DNA of 64,000 nt from a bacterium (GTDB lineage: Bacteria > Patescibacteriota > Patescibacteriia > 2-01-FULL-39-33), in NCBI GenBank assembly GCA_029558735.1, contig JAKQDP010000070.1, positions 42,700 through 106,699 on the forward strand, written 5' to 3'. Shown piece after piece: positions 1-10,418 of the stretch (the stretch's first letter is position 1; every line of letters begins with the position of its first letter). The notes beneath the pieces are model-generated. The model had not been told where the DNA came from. It ran no database searches and saw only the letters and a program-made list of their open reading frames with translations. Made by a program: the position numbers and the translations under genes.

Positions 1-2401
1 TAGTTTGAGAATCAGGATCAATTTCAGCGCTATTTTCATTAAGCAGCCCCTCATCAACCATCAAGGGATAATCAACTTCTTTAAAATCAGTTTCCTTGGG
101 CTGGCTAAAGCCGATTGCTTTAATCAATTGACTGCCGGCTGGCACATAAAATCGCAAATAACTACGACTGGGATAATTGGTAAAATTTTCATCAATTGGT
201 CCCAAATGACTGCGCCGAACAATCACTGAATCAATAACTGACCCGTCGACCATAATCTGAGCCTGATGATAAATTTGCTGTTTAATAATATTATCTGTTT
301 TACCGCCGCCAATATTAGTAGAAACCAAACTAAAGTAATCCTTGTCAGTATCTTTCATTCCTCCATGCCAATTATTACTGGCGATAAAATTCTGCAATTC
401 ATCATCAAAAGAATAAATCAAGATATCCTTGGCGGTCAAACCCTGCTCGATTGCCGCCAATAAATTCAAAAATTCATCCGGCTCAGCGTCAAAAACCTCC
501 GTCAATAATTTAGGCGCCAGATCACCAAGGATTTTTTTGGGCTGGTGTTCGCTATCATACTCAATTTCCACTTCTTTTTGAATCTCCATTTCAAAATTTG
601 CTGCCGTTATTTTTTTCTGATATTCAGGCAAATCAATATCGCCAATTACCGTCAACAATTGACTAAGCCAATCAGAATTGACGGCAATCACCCCATCAAT
701 GGTTGGCCCGCCGCTTTTATTATAAAACCAAGCGATTTTTTCCGCTGATCTAGGCCAATCCGGCCACCAATTGGCATCTTGAAACTCCCAACGCGGATTG
801 ATCAATTGTAGCGGTTGAGGCGACTGAACCAATTCTTTCATTCCGGCCCGGACATCATAAGTTCCGCCAGCCGGGATATCAATCTTATCAATATTACCGG
901 ATTTAAAATCAATCAAAGCAAAACTGCCCATAAAACCGCCCGTCGCCCTTAATTCGTTATCGTTTTGAAAAACAAACAAATAACGCCTCAATTGGTTATC
1001 ACCCAAAAAATTAACCGCAAAATCTATGGCTGAATTCAACTGCCTGAGACTGTTAATAAACAGCGGCAATTTTTCTGCCAAAACAGTAAATTGAGCCTGC
1101 TTATCCAAGGGTAAATTGCTCATCTTAATTTTGGTTAATTTGTCTTCGGCCAACTCCAATTCTCGCAACGCTACTTGACTATATTGGCCAAATGATTTTA
1201 TTTTCCCCGTTAAGCTTGAATCAGTATCGGCATTAATAGTTTCCAAGCCAACCAATAAATTTTCTCCCGCTAGTGACAAGTGGTCGCCCAAATCAAGCAT
1301 ATTTTTGCCACTTTTGAAAGTATTACCCAGGGGGAGCGTCTCGGCAATGACCGTTAAAAATGATTCAATATCGGTCAACTGTTCCTGGGCAGAAACAAAA
1401 TTCTGGTTAGCGGCCGCTAAGTGTTCCTTGGCTGAAGAAAAATTAAAAAACTTTAACTGCTCACTGGCCAAATCCAAATTCGACAACGCCTCTTCGGCTT
1501 GACCCAAAACCGCTCCTTTAGCCAATTTAATTTCCTGCCAATAATCAAAACTCTTAATTGGTAGGGCGATTATCAGGCATAAACCGACAAAAACAGCCAG
1601 CGGTTTCCAAAATAAACCAGCCGGGCCGGAATTATTAAAATCAACCACTGGCTGGACTGGCTTGACTTTGGCTAACGATGTTCGTTCGATTTGACCAATT
1701 CTAAAATCAACAATCGCTTGGCTGACAGCAGCCTTGGGCCGATAGTCAAAATCAATCACTTCATCATGATTGATAAAACCGATTTTCCCGGCCCACTCAT
1801 AAAGCAATTCCCCGGAAAACAAAATAATCTGATAGAAAAAATTACCTACAAAAATAAGCAAATTAATCACTGATACTTCTTGCCAGCGGCTGAGTGTTTT
1901 TGAGGTTTTTTTGCCTCGAATCAGCGGTAAATTCGGGGACAAATCAACTCGGCCCCAAAATTTTCTTTTCCAATAAGTTACCTTGGCTGAAATCAGTTTC
2001 AAAAAATTAATAAATTCACTTTTTTCGAAAGCCACCAATTCAAAAATATAAAACTTAGATAAAATATCCGCAGCCGGCAATTGGTCATAATAATTACCCT
2101 CTATTCCCGAGAGAGACGGCCTAACTCGCTCGATGAATTTGGCTTGGGATAAATCCAACAAATATGGCGAGCGATAAGAATCAAGAGGATTTTTGGCCAC
2201 AATGACGGAAACCTGCCGATTTTTACCGCCAATAGCAATTTTTTTATCATTAATTAAAAAATCCGTCTCGGCTGACGCTAAAAATCGACCAACACTCTGA
2301 TTGTTTTTAGTTGGTTTGATTTTATTCGCCCTCACCGAAACGGATGTTTTTTTTCTGGTTTTTTTAACTGGACTTTTGACGTCCTTGCTTGCCTTTGCCA
2401 C
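1..2401 (-). CDS. DUF4012 domain-containing membrane-anchored protein (3' end runs off the window)
   Basis: Absent from the ORF track (no stop in window). Spot translation from GTG at 2401 and at internal points gives a TM segment (FWKPLAVFVGLCLIIALPI) and the DUF4012-type motif RYLFVFQNDNELRATGGFMGSFALI. Start uncertain; frame not checked codon by codon. Confidence 0.8.
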   Translation of the reverse strand, partial: MAKASKDVKSPVKKTRKKTSVSVRANKIKPTKNNQSVGRFLASAETDFLINDKKIAIGGKNRQVSVIVAKNPLDSYRSPYLLDLSQAKFIERVRPSLSGIEGNYYDQLPAADILSKFYIFELVAFEKSEFINFLKLISAKVTYWKRKFWGRVDLSPNLPLIRGKKTSKTLSRWQEVSVINLLIFVGNFFYQIILFSGELLYEWAGKIGFINHDEVIDFDYRPKAAVSQAIVDFRIGQIERTSLAKVKPVQPVVDFNNSGPAGLFWKPLAVFVGLCLIIALPIKSFDYWQEIKLAKGAVLGQAEEALSNLDLASEQLKFFNFSSAKEHLAAANQNFVSAQEQLTDIESFLTVIAETLPLGNTFKSGKNMLDLGDHLSLAGENLLVGLETINADTDSSLTGKIKSFGQYSQVALRELELAEDKLTKIKMSNLPLDKQAQFTVLAEKLPLFINSLRQLNSAIDFAVNFLGDNQLRRYLFVFQNDNELRATGGFMGSFALIDFKSGNIDKIDIPAGGTYDVRAGMKELVQSPQPLQLINPRWEFQDANWWPDWPRSAEKIAWFYNKSGGPTIDGVIAVNSDWLSQLLTVIGDIDLPEYQKKITAANFEMEIQKEVEIEYDSEHQPKKILGDLAPKLLTEVFDAEPDEFLNLLAAIEQGLTAKDILIYSFDDELQNFIASNNWHGGMKDTDKDYFSLVSTNIGGGKTDNIIKQQIYHQAQIMVDGSVIDSVIVRRSHLGPIDENFTNYPSRSYLRFYVPAGSQLIKAIGFSQPKETDFKEVDYPLMVDEGLLNENSAEIDPDSQT

Positions 2402-2517
2402 CGTGTTTAAAGTTATAAAACTTTTTTTATTATAACATAAAACAATAATTAAAAACAACTACCAACCAATTGGGGATAAAATAAATTTTTTAAGCTCAGG
2501 TCGCCATCAAGAAATAA

Positions 2518-3675
2518 CTAATTTCCTTTAAAAATTTGACGATAAATATTCAAAGTGTTTCTAGCTAAAACAGACCAAGAATATCTTTTTAGATTCTCCC
2601 GTCCGCGTCTAATTAGATCCTCTCTTAATAAATGATCATGTAAAACGGTTTTAATTTTTTGAGTTATTTCGTAGGGATCATTGGGATCAAAAAATAAAGC
2701 GCTCTGTCCAAGAATTTCCGGCAAACAGGTGGCATTGGAACTGACCACCGGCAAGTCATAACTTTGCGCCTCTAGCGGCGGCAAGCCAAAGCCCTCAATC
2801 AAACTGGGAAAAACATATGCTTCGGCGCCGGCATACAAGCAGGCCAAATCATTATCATCAACAAATCCAGTTAATATCACCCGACCAGTTAAGCCGCTGT
2901 CGTCAATTTGCTGTTTTAATTTTTGATAAAAAAATGTTTCTTTACCGACTAAAACCAACTGTAATTGGTCGTGATCTTGAATCAAATACCTAAAGGCATG
3001 GAGCAAATTATCCAAATTTTTATGAGGGTAGGCCGAACCAACATAGAGCAGATAGTTATGGTTCAAATTGAAGCGTTCCAATACTTGCCGGCAATCACTA
3101 GAACGATCAAGCGGCGGATCATAGCCCTCATAAGTAATATTGATTTTTTCCGGTCGGATTTTAAGTGAATTAACAATATCATCTTTGCTAAATTGGGAAA
3201 CAGTAATAATGGTCGCCGCTCGTTTAGCCGCTGATTTGACAGTTAAACGATAGAAAAAAAGTTTTAATCGATAAAGAACCAATGGTAAAGTAGTGGCCCG
3301 GCTATCAGGATAATGAGAAATAATCAAATCATGAATAGTCACTACAAATGGCCGACGATAAAACCAAGGCACATTAAAATGAGGAAAATGAACCAAATCC
3401 AATTTATATTTAGCAAGAAGATAGGGCAATCGCAGTTGCTCTTTCACCGAATAAACCGAATAATCGGCTAAAACCTTTTTAAAATTAGCGCCGGGTACTT
3501 CAAACACAGCAAAACCGGCTCGGTCCAAAAAAATAAAATACTCATTTTTTCCGTCAATTGCCGCCAAACCTTCAATTAATTTCTGGATATAGCGACCAAT
3601 GCCGGCATGGCCGGGTCCATATAACCTGGCGTCAATACCAATTTTTAAGTGAGTTGTTGACTGATCAACTTTCAT
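2518..3675 (-). CDS. Glycosyltransferase family 4 (GT-B)
   Basis: KIGIDAR N-terminus, YVFPSLIEGFGLPPLEA (EX7E) motif. Confidence 0.95.
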   Translation of the reverse strand: MKVDQSTTHLKIGIDARLYGPGHAGIGRYIQKLIEGLAAIDGKNEYFIFLDRAGFAVFEVPGANFKKVLADYSVYSVKEQLRLPYLLAKYKLDLVHFPHFNVPWFYRRPFVVTIHDLIISHYPDSRATTLPLVLYRLKLFFYRLTVKSAAKRAATIITVSQFSKDDIVNSLKIRPEKINITYEGYDPPLDRSSDCRQVLERFNLNHNYLLYVGSAYPHKNLDNLLHAFRYLIQDHDQLQLVLVGKETFFYQKLKQQIDDSGLTGRVILTGFVDDNDLACLYAGAEAYVFPSLIEGFGLPPLEAQSYDLPVVSSNATCLPEILGQSALFFDPNDPYEITQKIKTVLHDHLLREDLIRRGRENLKRYSWSVLARNTLNIYRQIFKGN

Positions 3676-4787
3676 AATTCTTGTTCAAAAATTTGTAAAG
3701 TCTTTCTAGCGGTTTTCTGCCAACTGAACTGTTGAGCGCGCTCCAAGCCCTGATTAATAAGCTGCGCCCGAAAACGGCTATCAGTCCGTAAACAATTAAT
3801 AGCTGCCACTATTTCTCCCTGATTATAGGGGTCAACCAATAACCCCGCGCGATCAACTACCTCCAATTGAGAAGAATTATTGGCCGCGATCACCGGACAG
3901 CCGCAGGCCATCGCCTCCATAATCGGCAAACCAAACCCTTCATAATATGACGGGTAAAGAAAAATTTCCGCTAAATTATATAAAGCCGGTTTATCGGCTT
4001 CGGCCACATAGCCAATTAATTTGATTCGCTTATCTTGATTAGCTAGGGTTCTGACCAATTTCGCTTTCCAACTCAACCCGCCGGCGATTACCAGGTGGTT
4101 ATCCCCCTCAATATTTTTAAAAGATTCTATAATAGTTTCAATATTTTTACGGGGCTCCAAATTGCCAAGATACAAAATAAATTTTTCCGGTAAATTATAC
4201 TTCGTCCTCACCGCCGCCAGAATTGGATCAGCTTTATCCAACTGACGATAGTGTTTACTAACACCCAACTGAACCACTCTAATTTTTTCAACGGGGATAC
4301 CTAATAAATCAACCAAATCTTCCTTAGTGTTATCGGAGTCAGCAATCAAAATATCAGCTTGTTTAATAACCCCCTTCCTTAAAACTAATTTTTGCCACAG
4401 TCGCATTTTCCAGGAAAAAAAATCGGAAAATTTTAAAAAAGATAAATCATGGACAACTAACACTCGCCGACAATTTGGGGACCAGGAAGCAAAATGCAGA
4501 TTGGGCAAGAAAAACAAATCCACCCCGCCAATCAGTTGGTCAAATTTGGGAAAATCAAAAAAATTAACCGCCAAATTAAATAGCTTATTTGGATAATTAA
4601 AGCCGCAATTAAAGGCATTGGTTTGGGAAAAATCTGGCACGGTAGTTTTTTTTCGAGAATTATAAAAAAGCAGATACTGATTTTTTTGATCGAGCGCCAA
4701 TAAATTTTCCAGTAAATGATAGGTATACCAAGACACCCCCGAATACCGATTATCCATCAATGACCGGATGTCGACCCCTATTTTCAT
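3672..4787 (-). CDS. Glycosyltransferase family 4 (GT-B)
   Basis: MKIGVDIRS start, LEPRKN, YPSYYEGFGLPIMEAMACG motif. Confidence 0.95.
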   Translation of the reverse strand: MKIGVDIRSLMDNRYSGVSWYTYHLLENLLALDQKNQYLLFYNSRKKTTVPDFSQTNAFNCGFNYPNKLFNLAVNFFDFPKFDQLIGGVDLFFLPNLHFASWSPNCRRVLVVHDLSFLKFSDFFSWKMRLWQKLVLRKGVIKQADILIADSDNTKEDLVDLLGIPVEKIRVVQLGVSKHYRQLDKADPILAAVRTKYNLPEKFILYLGNLEPRKNIETIIESFKNIEGDNHLVIAGGLSWKAKLVRTLANQDKRIKLIGYVAEADKPALYNLAEIFLYPSYYEGFGLPIMEAMACGCPVIAANNSSQLEVVDRAGLLVDPYNQGEIVAAINCLRTDSRFRAQLINQGLERAQQFSWQKTARKTLQIFEQEL

Positions 4788-5901
4788 CTCCAATCTTAGT
4801 TAATAAATTAAATATTTTCTGCTTGAATGTCTCCAGACTAAATTGTTGGGCGTATTCTTTGATTTGCATCGGATTATAGCGTTGGGGCTCAAAACGAATT
4901 ATCCGGTCAGCCAATTCCTCCCAAATCTGTTCATCAAAAAATTCTCCGCTTAAGCCCTCCTTAACTGTTTCAGTGGCGCCACCGGCGCGATAAGCAATAA
5001 CTGGCCGCCCCGAAGCCATGGCTTCAATCGCGGTAATACCAAAATCTTCTTCTTGAGGATTCAAATAAGCGATACAATTGGCGAATAACTGTTTTTTGGT
5101 CGCATCGTCAATCTTGCCCAAAAATTGAACATTAGGTTTAGCCATTCTCTTCAAGATTTTAAGCTCCGGACCGATGCCAAACACTTTCAGTGGAATGCCC
5201 AACCGAGAAAATGCCCTGACCGCCAAATCAACTCGCTTATATGGCACCAGCCGGCCACCAGCCAAATAATATTTTTTAGGGTGGTTAGAAATAAAAAACT
5301 CCTCCACCGCCACCGGCGGATAAATCACCTCGCTGTTGCGGTTATAATATTTTTTAATTCGATTTTTGACTGTCTGAGAATTGGCCACAAAGTAATCCAC
5401 CCGATCAGCCGCCAACCGGTCCCATTGTCGCAGTTTTCTTAAAGTAAGCGGTAATATCAATTTAATCACCGAATTAACCCGCAACTCTTTGATATAAAAA
5501 TAGGTATCCATCCAAAGAAATCTGGTTGGCGTATGGCAGTAACAAATATGAACACTGTCCGGCCTGGTAATCACTCCTTTGGCGAAAGAAGAGGCGCTGG
5601 AAATAACCACATCATAATCCATCAGATTATAATTTTCCGTTGCTAAGGGCATCAATGACAAATACCACTGGTATTTGGAAACTCCCAAAGGAATATTCTG
5701 TAAAAAAGAAGTTCGAACATCCTGATCGTGGAAAAAATTATTGGTTCGTCTTCGGTCAAAAATCAAAGTAAAAATTGGCGCCTGGGGAAAGAATTCTTTA
5801 AGCACCTTAACGACCTGCTCAGCTCCGCCATCTTGAGCTAAGTGATCATGAACTAAAGCAATCTTTAATCGACCGCTCGGGGTGAAATTAGAACTGGTCA
5901 T
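4750..5901 (-). CDS. Glycosyltransferase family 4 (mannosyltransferase-like)
   Basis: IALVHDHLAQDGGAE, HICYCHTP, EEDFGITAIEAMASG. Confidence 0.93.
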   Translation of the reverse strand: MTSSNFTPSGRLKIALVHDHLAQDGGAEQVVKVLKEFFPQAPIFTLIFDRRRTNNFFHDQDVRTSFLQNIPLGVSKYQWYLSLMPLATENYNLMDYDVVISSASSFAKGVITRPDSVHICYCHTPTRFLWMDTYFYIKELRVNSVIKLILPLTLRKLRQWDRLAADRVDYFVANSQTVKNRIKKYYNRNSEVIYPPVAVEEFFISNHPKKYYLAGGRLVPYKRVDLAVRAFSRLGIPLKVFGIGPELKILKRMAKPNVQFLGKIDDATKKQLFANCIAYLNPQEEDFGITAIEAMASGRPVIAYRAGGATETVKEGLSGEFFDEQIWEELADRIIRFEPQRYNPMQIKEYAQQFSLETFKQKIFNLLTKIGDENRGRHPVIDG

Positions 5902-5940
5902 ATATGTCCAGTTTAGCTAATTTACGATTCTTTGGCAAAC

Positions 5941-5969
5941 AAAAACGACTCATCGCAACATGAGCCGTT
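5941..5969 (-). terminator. Probable intrinsic terminator
   Basis: Minus strand AACGGCTCATGTTGCGATGAGTCGTTTTT: hairpin plus U tract just after the 59-aa ORF. Confidence 0.6.
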
Positions 5970-5981
5970 AATCAAATGGCC

Positions 5982-6161
5982 TTATCTGATTATTTCCAAC
6001 CAGAAAATCGGCCAACACAGACAAACCAGCGCTAAACTGGCCAGTACTGTTCTTCTTCTGACAACGCTCGGATTCTGATGATAAGCGATTGTCAGCAAAT
6101 AAACAAACAAGCTACCGCCCACAGCTAAATAAAATCCCAATAACAGCCAAATCCATAACAT
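5982..6161 (-). CDS. Small hydrophobic protein, 59 aa, two predicted TM segments
   Basis: MLWIWLLLGFYLAVGGSLFVYLLTIAYHQNPSVVRRRTVLASLALVCLCWPIFWLEIIR; AAGGAGG SD upstream, terminator downstream. Confidence 0.6.
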   Translation of the reverse strand: MLWIWLLLGFYLAVGGSLFVYLLTIAYHQNPSVVRRRTVLASLALVCLCWPIFWLEIIR

Positions 6162-6184
6162 TTTTTACCCTCCTTTGTTTTCGC

Positions 6185-7588
6185 TTATTCCGCCTGGCGT
6201 CGCCTTAAAATAGCCACTGGAGTTTTAAACAAAATCATTAAATCCAATTTGGGACTCCAATTTTCCATATACCAAGTATCCAAGCGTATTTCTTCTTCAA
6301 AATCAAGATCAGAACGGCCAGAAACCTGAGCCATGCCGGTAATGCCCGGCCGAATGGTCAGTACTTTCCGATGGTGATTCTGATATTTAGCCACCTCCTC
6401 AACTTCATGGGGCCGTGGACCAACCAAACTCATTTTACCCACTAAAACGTTAAATAATTCCGGCAATTCATCAATACTAAAACGGCGAATAAATCGTCCC
6501 ACTCGAGTCACTCGGGGATCTTTTTCAAATTTCATCATCGGAGTACCGGCTCGAAGGTTTTTCTGATGATTTAAAAAATTTTCATCAAACCGATATTTAT
6601 GGGCGTCTTTAACCATTGAACGAAACTTAAAATACTTGAATGGCCGACCCAAAGCGCCAATCCGCTGATAAGAAAAAAATAACGGCCCGACAGAATCAAG
6701 TTTAATCGCCACTGCCGTTAAAATGAAAATTGGCGAGAGTAAGATGATTAATAACAGGGCAACAATAATATCAAACAACCGCTTATAAACCCGCCCCCAA
6801 CCATCCAAACGCGTCTTCTTAACTTCAACAATCGGCAAGCCGGCAATAGTATTGATTTCAAAATTGGTAATCGGCCAATCAAAAATATCAGCAACAAATT
6901 TTAGGGTGATATGATTGATATAAGAAAAATCATTCAAACGATTAATTTCCTTACTGGACAATTGGGCCGTAACCACTAAAATCTCATCAAACTTATCCTG
7001 TTCGACCAATTGAGTCAAACGCGCCTCTGTATTCTTTTGAAAATCAGGAAAAGTCTCCACCACCCGATAGCCAGATTTCTTATCTTGCTGAAAATTAGCC
7101 GCCGCCTCCTGAGCTAATTGACCCTGGCCAATAATGATCAACCGGTGGACCCCCCAGCCGTAATAATATAAAAAATGCTGGACAAAACGAACAATTAGCC
7201 GGCCAGCGACCACTAAAACGATACTAAACAACCAACCAGCAATAATAATAAATCGAGAATCAAATAAACTACGGCTGAAAAAGAAACCAAACATTAATAG
7301 CATCACCGCCGTTGAACAACCCAAAATTATTTTATAGAATTCATCAATCGCCCGTCTGGTACCGCGCATTGAATACAGACCGGCAAAAGCAAAGCTAACT
7401 AGCCAAAGTAAAGCCACCATTAAAACAATCCGTAAATAACTGTCAAAACGCAAATCAAAAATCACCGGCCTAATTTCCTGCACCGGCTCCCAATAGCGAG
7501 CATAAAAAGAAATAATTCCGGCCAACACCACCATCAAATAATCAATTGGCACCAAACTGGCAGAAATGGCAATTTCTGATCTTTTCAT
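6185..7588 (-). CDS. Polyprenyl glycosylphosphotransferase (WcaJ/WbaP-type sugar transferase)
   Basis: N-terminal TMs, KRLFDI, FKFRSM, DPRVTRVG, SIDELP, MSLVGPRP, PGITGMAQV motifs. Confidence 0.95.
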   Translation of the reverse strand: MKRSEIAISASLVPIDYLMVVLAGIISFYARYWEPVQEIRPVIFDLRFDSYLRIVLMVALLWLVSFAFAGLYSMRGTRRAIDEFYKIILGCSTAVMLLMFGFFFSRSLFDSRFIIIAGWLFSIVLVVAGRLIVRFVQHFLYYYGWGVHRLIIIGQGQLAQEAAANFQQDKKSGYRVVETFPDFQKNTEARLTQLVEQDKFDEILVVTAQLSSKEINRLNDFSYINHITLKFVADIFDWPITNFEINTIAGLPIVEVKKTRLDGWGRVYKRLFDIIVALLLIILLSPIFILTAVAIKLDSVGPLFFSYQRIGALGRPFKYFKFRSMVKDAHKYRFDENFLNHQKNLRAGTPMMKFEKDPRVTRVGRFIRRFSIDELPELFNVLVGKMSLVGPRPHEVEEVAKYQNHHRKVLTIRPGITGMAQVSGRSDLDFEEEIRLDTWYMENWSPKLDLMILFKTPVAILRRRQAE

Positions 7589-7664
7589 ATTATAATTTTA
7601 ACCAAAAATTCTAACATAATAAAGAAGGAAAATCAAGAATAAAGTCTTCTCTTACCCGCAATCA

Positions 7665-7693
7665 TTGACAAATATTAAAATATTTGATAAAAT
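7665..7693 (+). promoter_or_regulatory. Sigma70-type promoter of rnpB
   Basis: TTGACA-17 bp-TAAAAT with TGn extension, 7 nt before the RNA 5' end. Confidence 0.8.
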
Positions 7694-7699
7694 AATTTT

Positions 7700-8108
7700 G
7701 TCCAAACAAGCTGGATGACTGCTCGGTTTTAGCTTTAAACGCTTTGACCGGGAGGAAAGTCCGAACACTCTTTCCGTTTTTTTTTCGGAATGTCGTGGTA
7801 GTGGCTAACGGCCACCCAGGTCGTCGCAAGGCGGTCTGAGGACTAGTTCCACAGAGACAATACTATCCCGAGCAATCGGGACAAATGTGAAAAGTGTGAA
7901 GGTGTTTTAAATTGGGCTAGAGATATCTCCTCAACTTAAAGCTACTTCACTCGGCCTCTGGCGACAGAGTGCCCGTGGTAAACTCTACCTAGTGCAACCC
8001 CAAATCTAGTCGGGGGCTCGAGCTGGCCAGTAATGACCAGCCCAGATAGATAGTCATCGCTCTGATTATTGTCAGAGTACAGAATTCGGCTTATAGGCTT
8101 GTTTGGAC
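7700..8108 (+). ncRNA. rnpB: RNase P RNA
   Basis: GAGGAAAGTCCGAAC (CR-I) and ACAGAATTCGGCTTA (CR-V); terminal P1 stem GTCCAAACAAGC/GCTTGTTTGGAC; own promoter and terminator. Confidence 0.95.
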
Positions 8109-8113
8109 CAATT

Positions 8114-8145
8114 AAAAACCAACCCAATTATTTGGGTTGGTTTTT
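8114..8145. terminator. Bidirectional intrinsic terminator (rnpB / rnhA)
   Basis: AAAAACCAACCCAA-TTAT-TTGGGTTGGTTTTT. Confidence 0.85.
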
Positions 8146-8158
8146 GCTTTAATGCTTT

Positions 8159-8557
8159 TTAGCAACTATGTTCGTCAAGCGCCTCATTGACCAAACGATC
8201 CGCTTCTTTATTATCCTCGCGAAAAACATGTTTAAAATTTATTTTGTCAAAAGCCTGAGCCAAATTCCAAACCTTGACAAATAATGGCGCGATGCCGGCG
8301 TTTTTGACCTTATACTCCCGATTTAATTGTTTTACTACCAATTCCGAATCAAGACAACAATCCACCTCGCCAACCCCGGCTGCTCGGGCTTTTTCTAACC
8401 CCAAGATTAATGCCTGGTATTCCGCCTGATTGTTGGTCGCCTCGCCAATATATTGCTTATAAACCCATTTTTGCCCAGCAATTTCCAAAACCACCCCAAT
8501 GCCCGCCGGTCCAGGATTGCCCCGAGCTCCCCCATCTGTATGCAAAATCGCTTTCAT
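8159..8557 (-). CDS. rnhA: Ribonuclease HI family protein
   Basis: TDGGARGNPGPAGIG, TNNQAEY, DSELVVKQ, NKEADRLVN. Confidence 0.93.
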   Translation of the reverse strand: MKAILHTDGGARGNPGPAGIGVVLEIAGQKWVYKQYIGEATNNQAEYQALILGLEKARAAGVGEVDCCLDSELVVKQLNREYKVKNAGIAPLFVKVWNLAQAFDKINFKHVFREDNKEADRLVNEALDEHSC

Positions 8558-8634
8558 AAGTTATAAAATTTTTATTTTTAATTTCAGATCCGCCCCGGCG
8601 TTTTACGAATTTCCCAACTTTTTAACCTTATGGA

Positions 8635-10374
8635 CTAACTACTCAACCTTAAATCCATCAATTTTAGTTGCAACTCCCGATTGCCATTCCATTCGTTCAC
8701 CCCCAATTCAAAAACAATATCAATTTTATCGCCTACTTTCAGTTTAGCACACCAATCGCCAAACGAAAAACCAATCAATTTGTGTTTAGCCGGCGAACCA
8801 TTTTGACTGACAATCACCTTCAAATGTTGGCCGTCATTTCCGACTGGATAAAGTTGTTCTATATTCAATTGCCGAATAAGAAATAATGGCGACAAATTGC
8901 CTTCGCCAAAAGGAGCGAATTTTTCCAACTCACCGACTAAATTCCAATTAACTTCTTCAAGATTAATATCTGCATCAATGTCAACAATAGATTTTAAATC
9001 TTCCTTAGTAATCGCCTGATTGGCCAATTGGGATAAACTGTCTTGAAATTTTAGAAAATTATCTTGGCCGGAAACAGAAAAACCGCAGGCCTGGCTGTGA
9101 CCGCCATAACGTTCCAATAAGTGGTCATTTTTCTTTAACGCGGCGGTAATATCAAAAACCGAAATACTGCGGCCGGAGCCAACGTACTTCCCCCCCTTCT
9201 TGGTCGCCTCCTGTTGTCGGGACACTGCCAAAACCGGCCGATGATGACGATCGCACAAACGGCCAGCAACCAGTCCCAAAATACCGGTCGGCCAATCGTC
9301 ACCAACCGTCCAAAGAATTTTATTTTTTTCCACTTGCTCAATTACCTGCTTATCCGCCTCCCTTAATATTTTATCGGTCAAATTCTGTCGATCTTTATTG
9401 TTCTTCTCCAAAATATCAACCAATTTGGCTGCTACTGACACTGAATCAGTGGTCAACAAATCAAAAGCAACCGAAGCGTGATTAATTCGGCCGGCGGCGT
9501 TTAATCGGGGCACAATTCGCCAACCGACATATTGACTGTCAATTTTTGCCGAACCATTAGTAGCTTCAATTAATTTTTGCAAACCCGGTCGCCGGGTTTG
9601 ATTTAAAACAATTAAGCCATATTTTACCAATACCCGATTCTCTCCGATTAGCGGCATAATGTCGCCAATAGTAGCGATTGCCACTAAATCCATAAGCCAT
9701 TTTTCAAATCCGGCTGGTAATTTAACCGGAAAATCAAGCTGCTCCTGACTGATAGCCAACGCCTGACAAAGTTTAAAGGCCACCCCGGCGCCGGACAAAA
9801 AAGGAAACGGATAACCCGAATTTTTGACCATTGGGTTAATAATGGCCAGCGCCTGAGGCAAGGTGGGCGGCTCTTGGTGGTGGTCAGTAACAATCACCGC
9901 CACGCCACCTTGATTTAAAATTTCAATTTCTTCTTTATTGGCGATTCCGCAATCAACCGTAATTAACAACTGAAAGCCTTGATTAATAATCCGCTTAACC
10001 ACTTTTTGATTGAGACCATAACCCTCAGTATCTCTGAAGGGAATATAAATATCAACATCGGCGCCAAAAGCCTTTAAGGTGGAGAATAAAATCGCCGAAG
10101 CGCAAACCCCATCAGCATCATAATCACCGTAAATCATTATTTTTTCCTTTTGACGGATGGCCGCAAAAATTCGCCCGACTGCTTGCTCCATATCACTGAA
10201 TAAAAACGGACTATGGCTATGATCGTCATAACTAGGGTTAAGAAAATCATCAATCGCGGCCTGGCTAGTCAAACCGCGATTAAACAACAGCTGAACAATA
10301 ATATTATTCAGCTCTGGAAATTGATCGATTATTGAACGGTCAGCAACCGGTTTAACCAACCATCTTTTTTCCAT
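8635..10374 (-). CDS. recJ: Single-stranded-DNA exonuclease RecJ
   Basis: YGDYDADG, TVDCG, TDHH, PRLNAAGR, GGHSQACG, PFGEGN. Confidence 0.97.
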   Translation of the reverse strand: MEKRWLVKPVADRSIIDQFPELNNIIVQLLFNRGLTSQAAIDDFLNPSYDDHSHSPFLFSDMEQAVGRIFAAIRQKEKIMIYGDYDADGVCASAILFSTLKAFGADVDIYIPFRDTEGYGLNQKVVKRIINQGFQLLITVDCGIANKEEIEILNQGGVAVIVTDHHQEPPTLPQALAIINPMVKNSGYPFPFLSGAGVAFKLCQALAISQEQLDFPVKLPAGFEKWLMDLVAIATIGDIMPLIGENRVLVKYGLIVLNQTRRPGLQKLIEATNGSAKIDSQYVGWRIVPRLNAAGRINHASVAFDLLTTDSVSVAAKLVDILEKNNKDRQNLTDKILREADKQVIEQVEKNKILWTVGDDWPTGILGLVAGRLCDRHHRPVLAVSRQQEATKKGGKYVGSGRSISVFDITAALKKNDHLLERYGGHSQACGFSVSGQDNFLKFQDSLSQLANQAITKEDLKSIVDIDADINLEEVNWNLVGELEKFAPFGEGNLSPLFLIRQLNIEQLYPVGNDGQHLKVIVSQNGSPAKHKLIGFSFGDWCAKLKVGDKIDIVFELGVNEWNGNRELQLKLMDLRLSS

Positions 10375-10418
10375 AAGTTAATTTTGACAATTTTAAACAG
10401 TTACGTTATTATTTTAAT

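Noticed and set aside
5-1873. Several short plus-strand ORFs
   Set aside because: Antisense shadows of the minus-strand DUF4012 gene; the same applies to most short track ORFs opposite large genes
7942-8127. 61-aa minus-strand ORF in the track
   Set aside because: Antisense to RNase P RNA; no coding features
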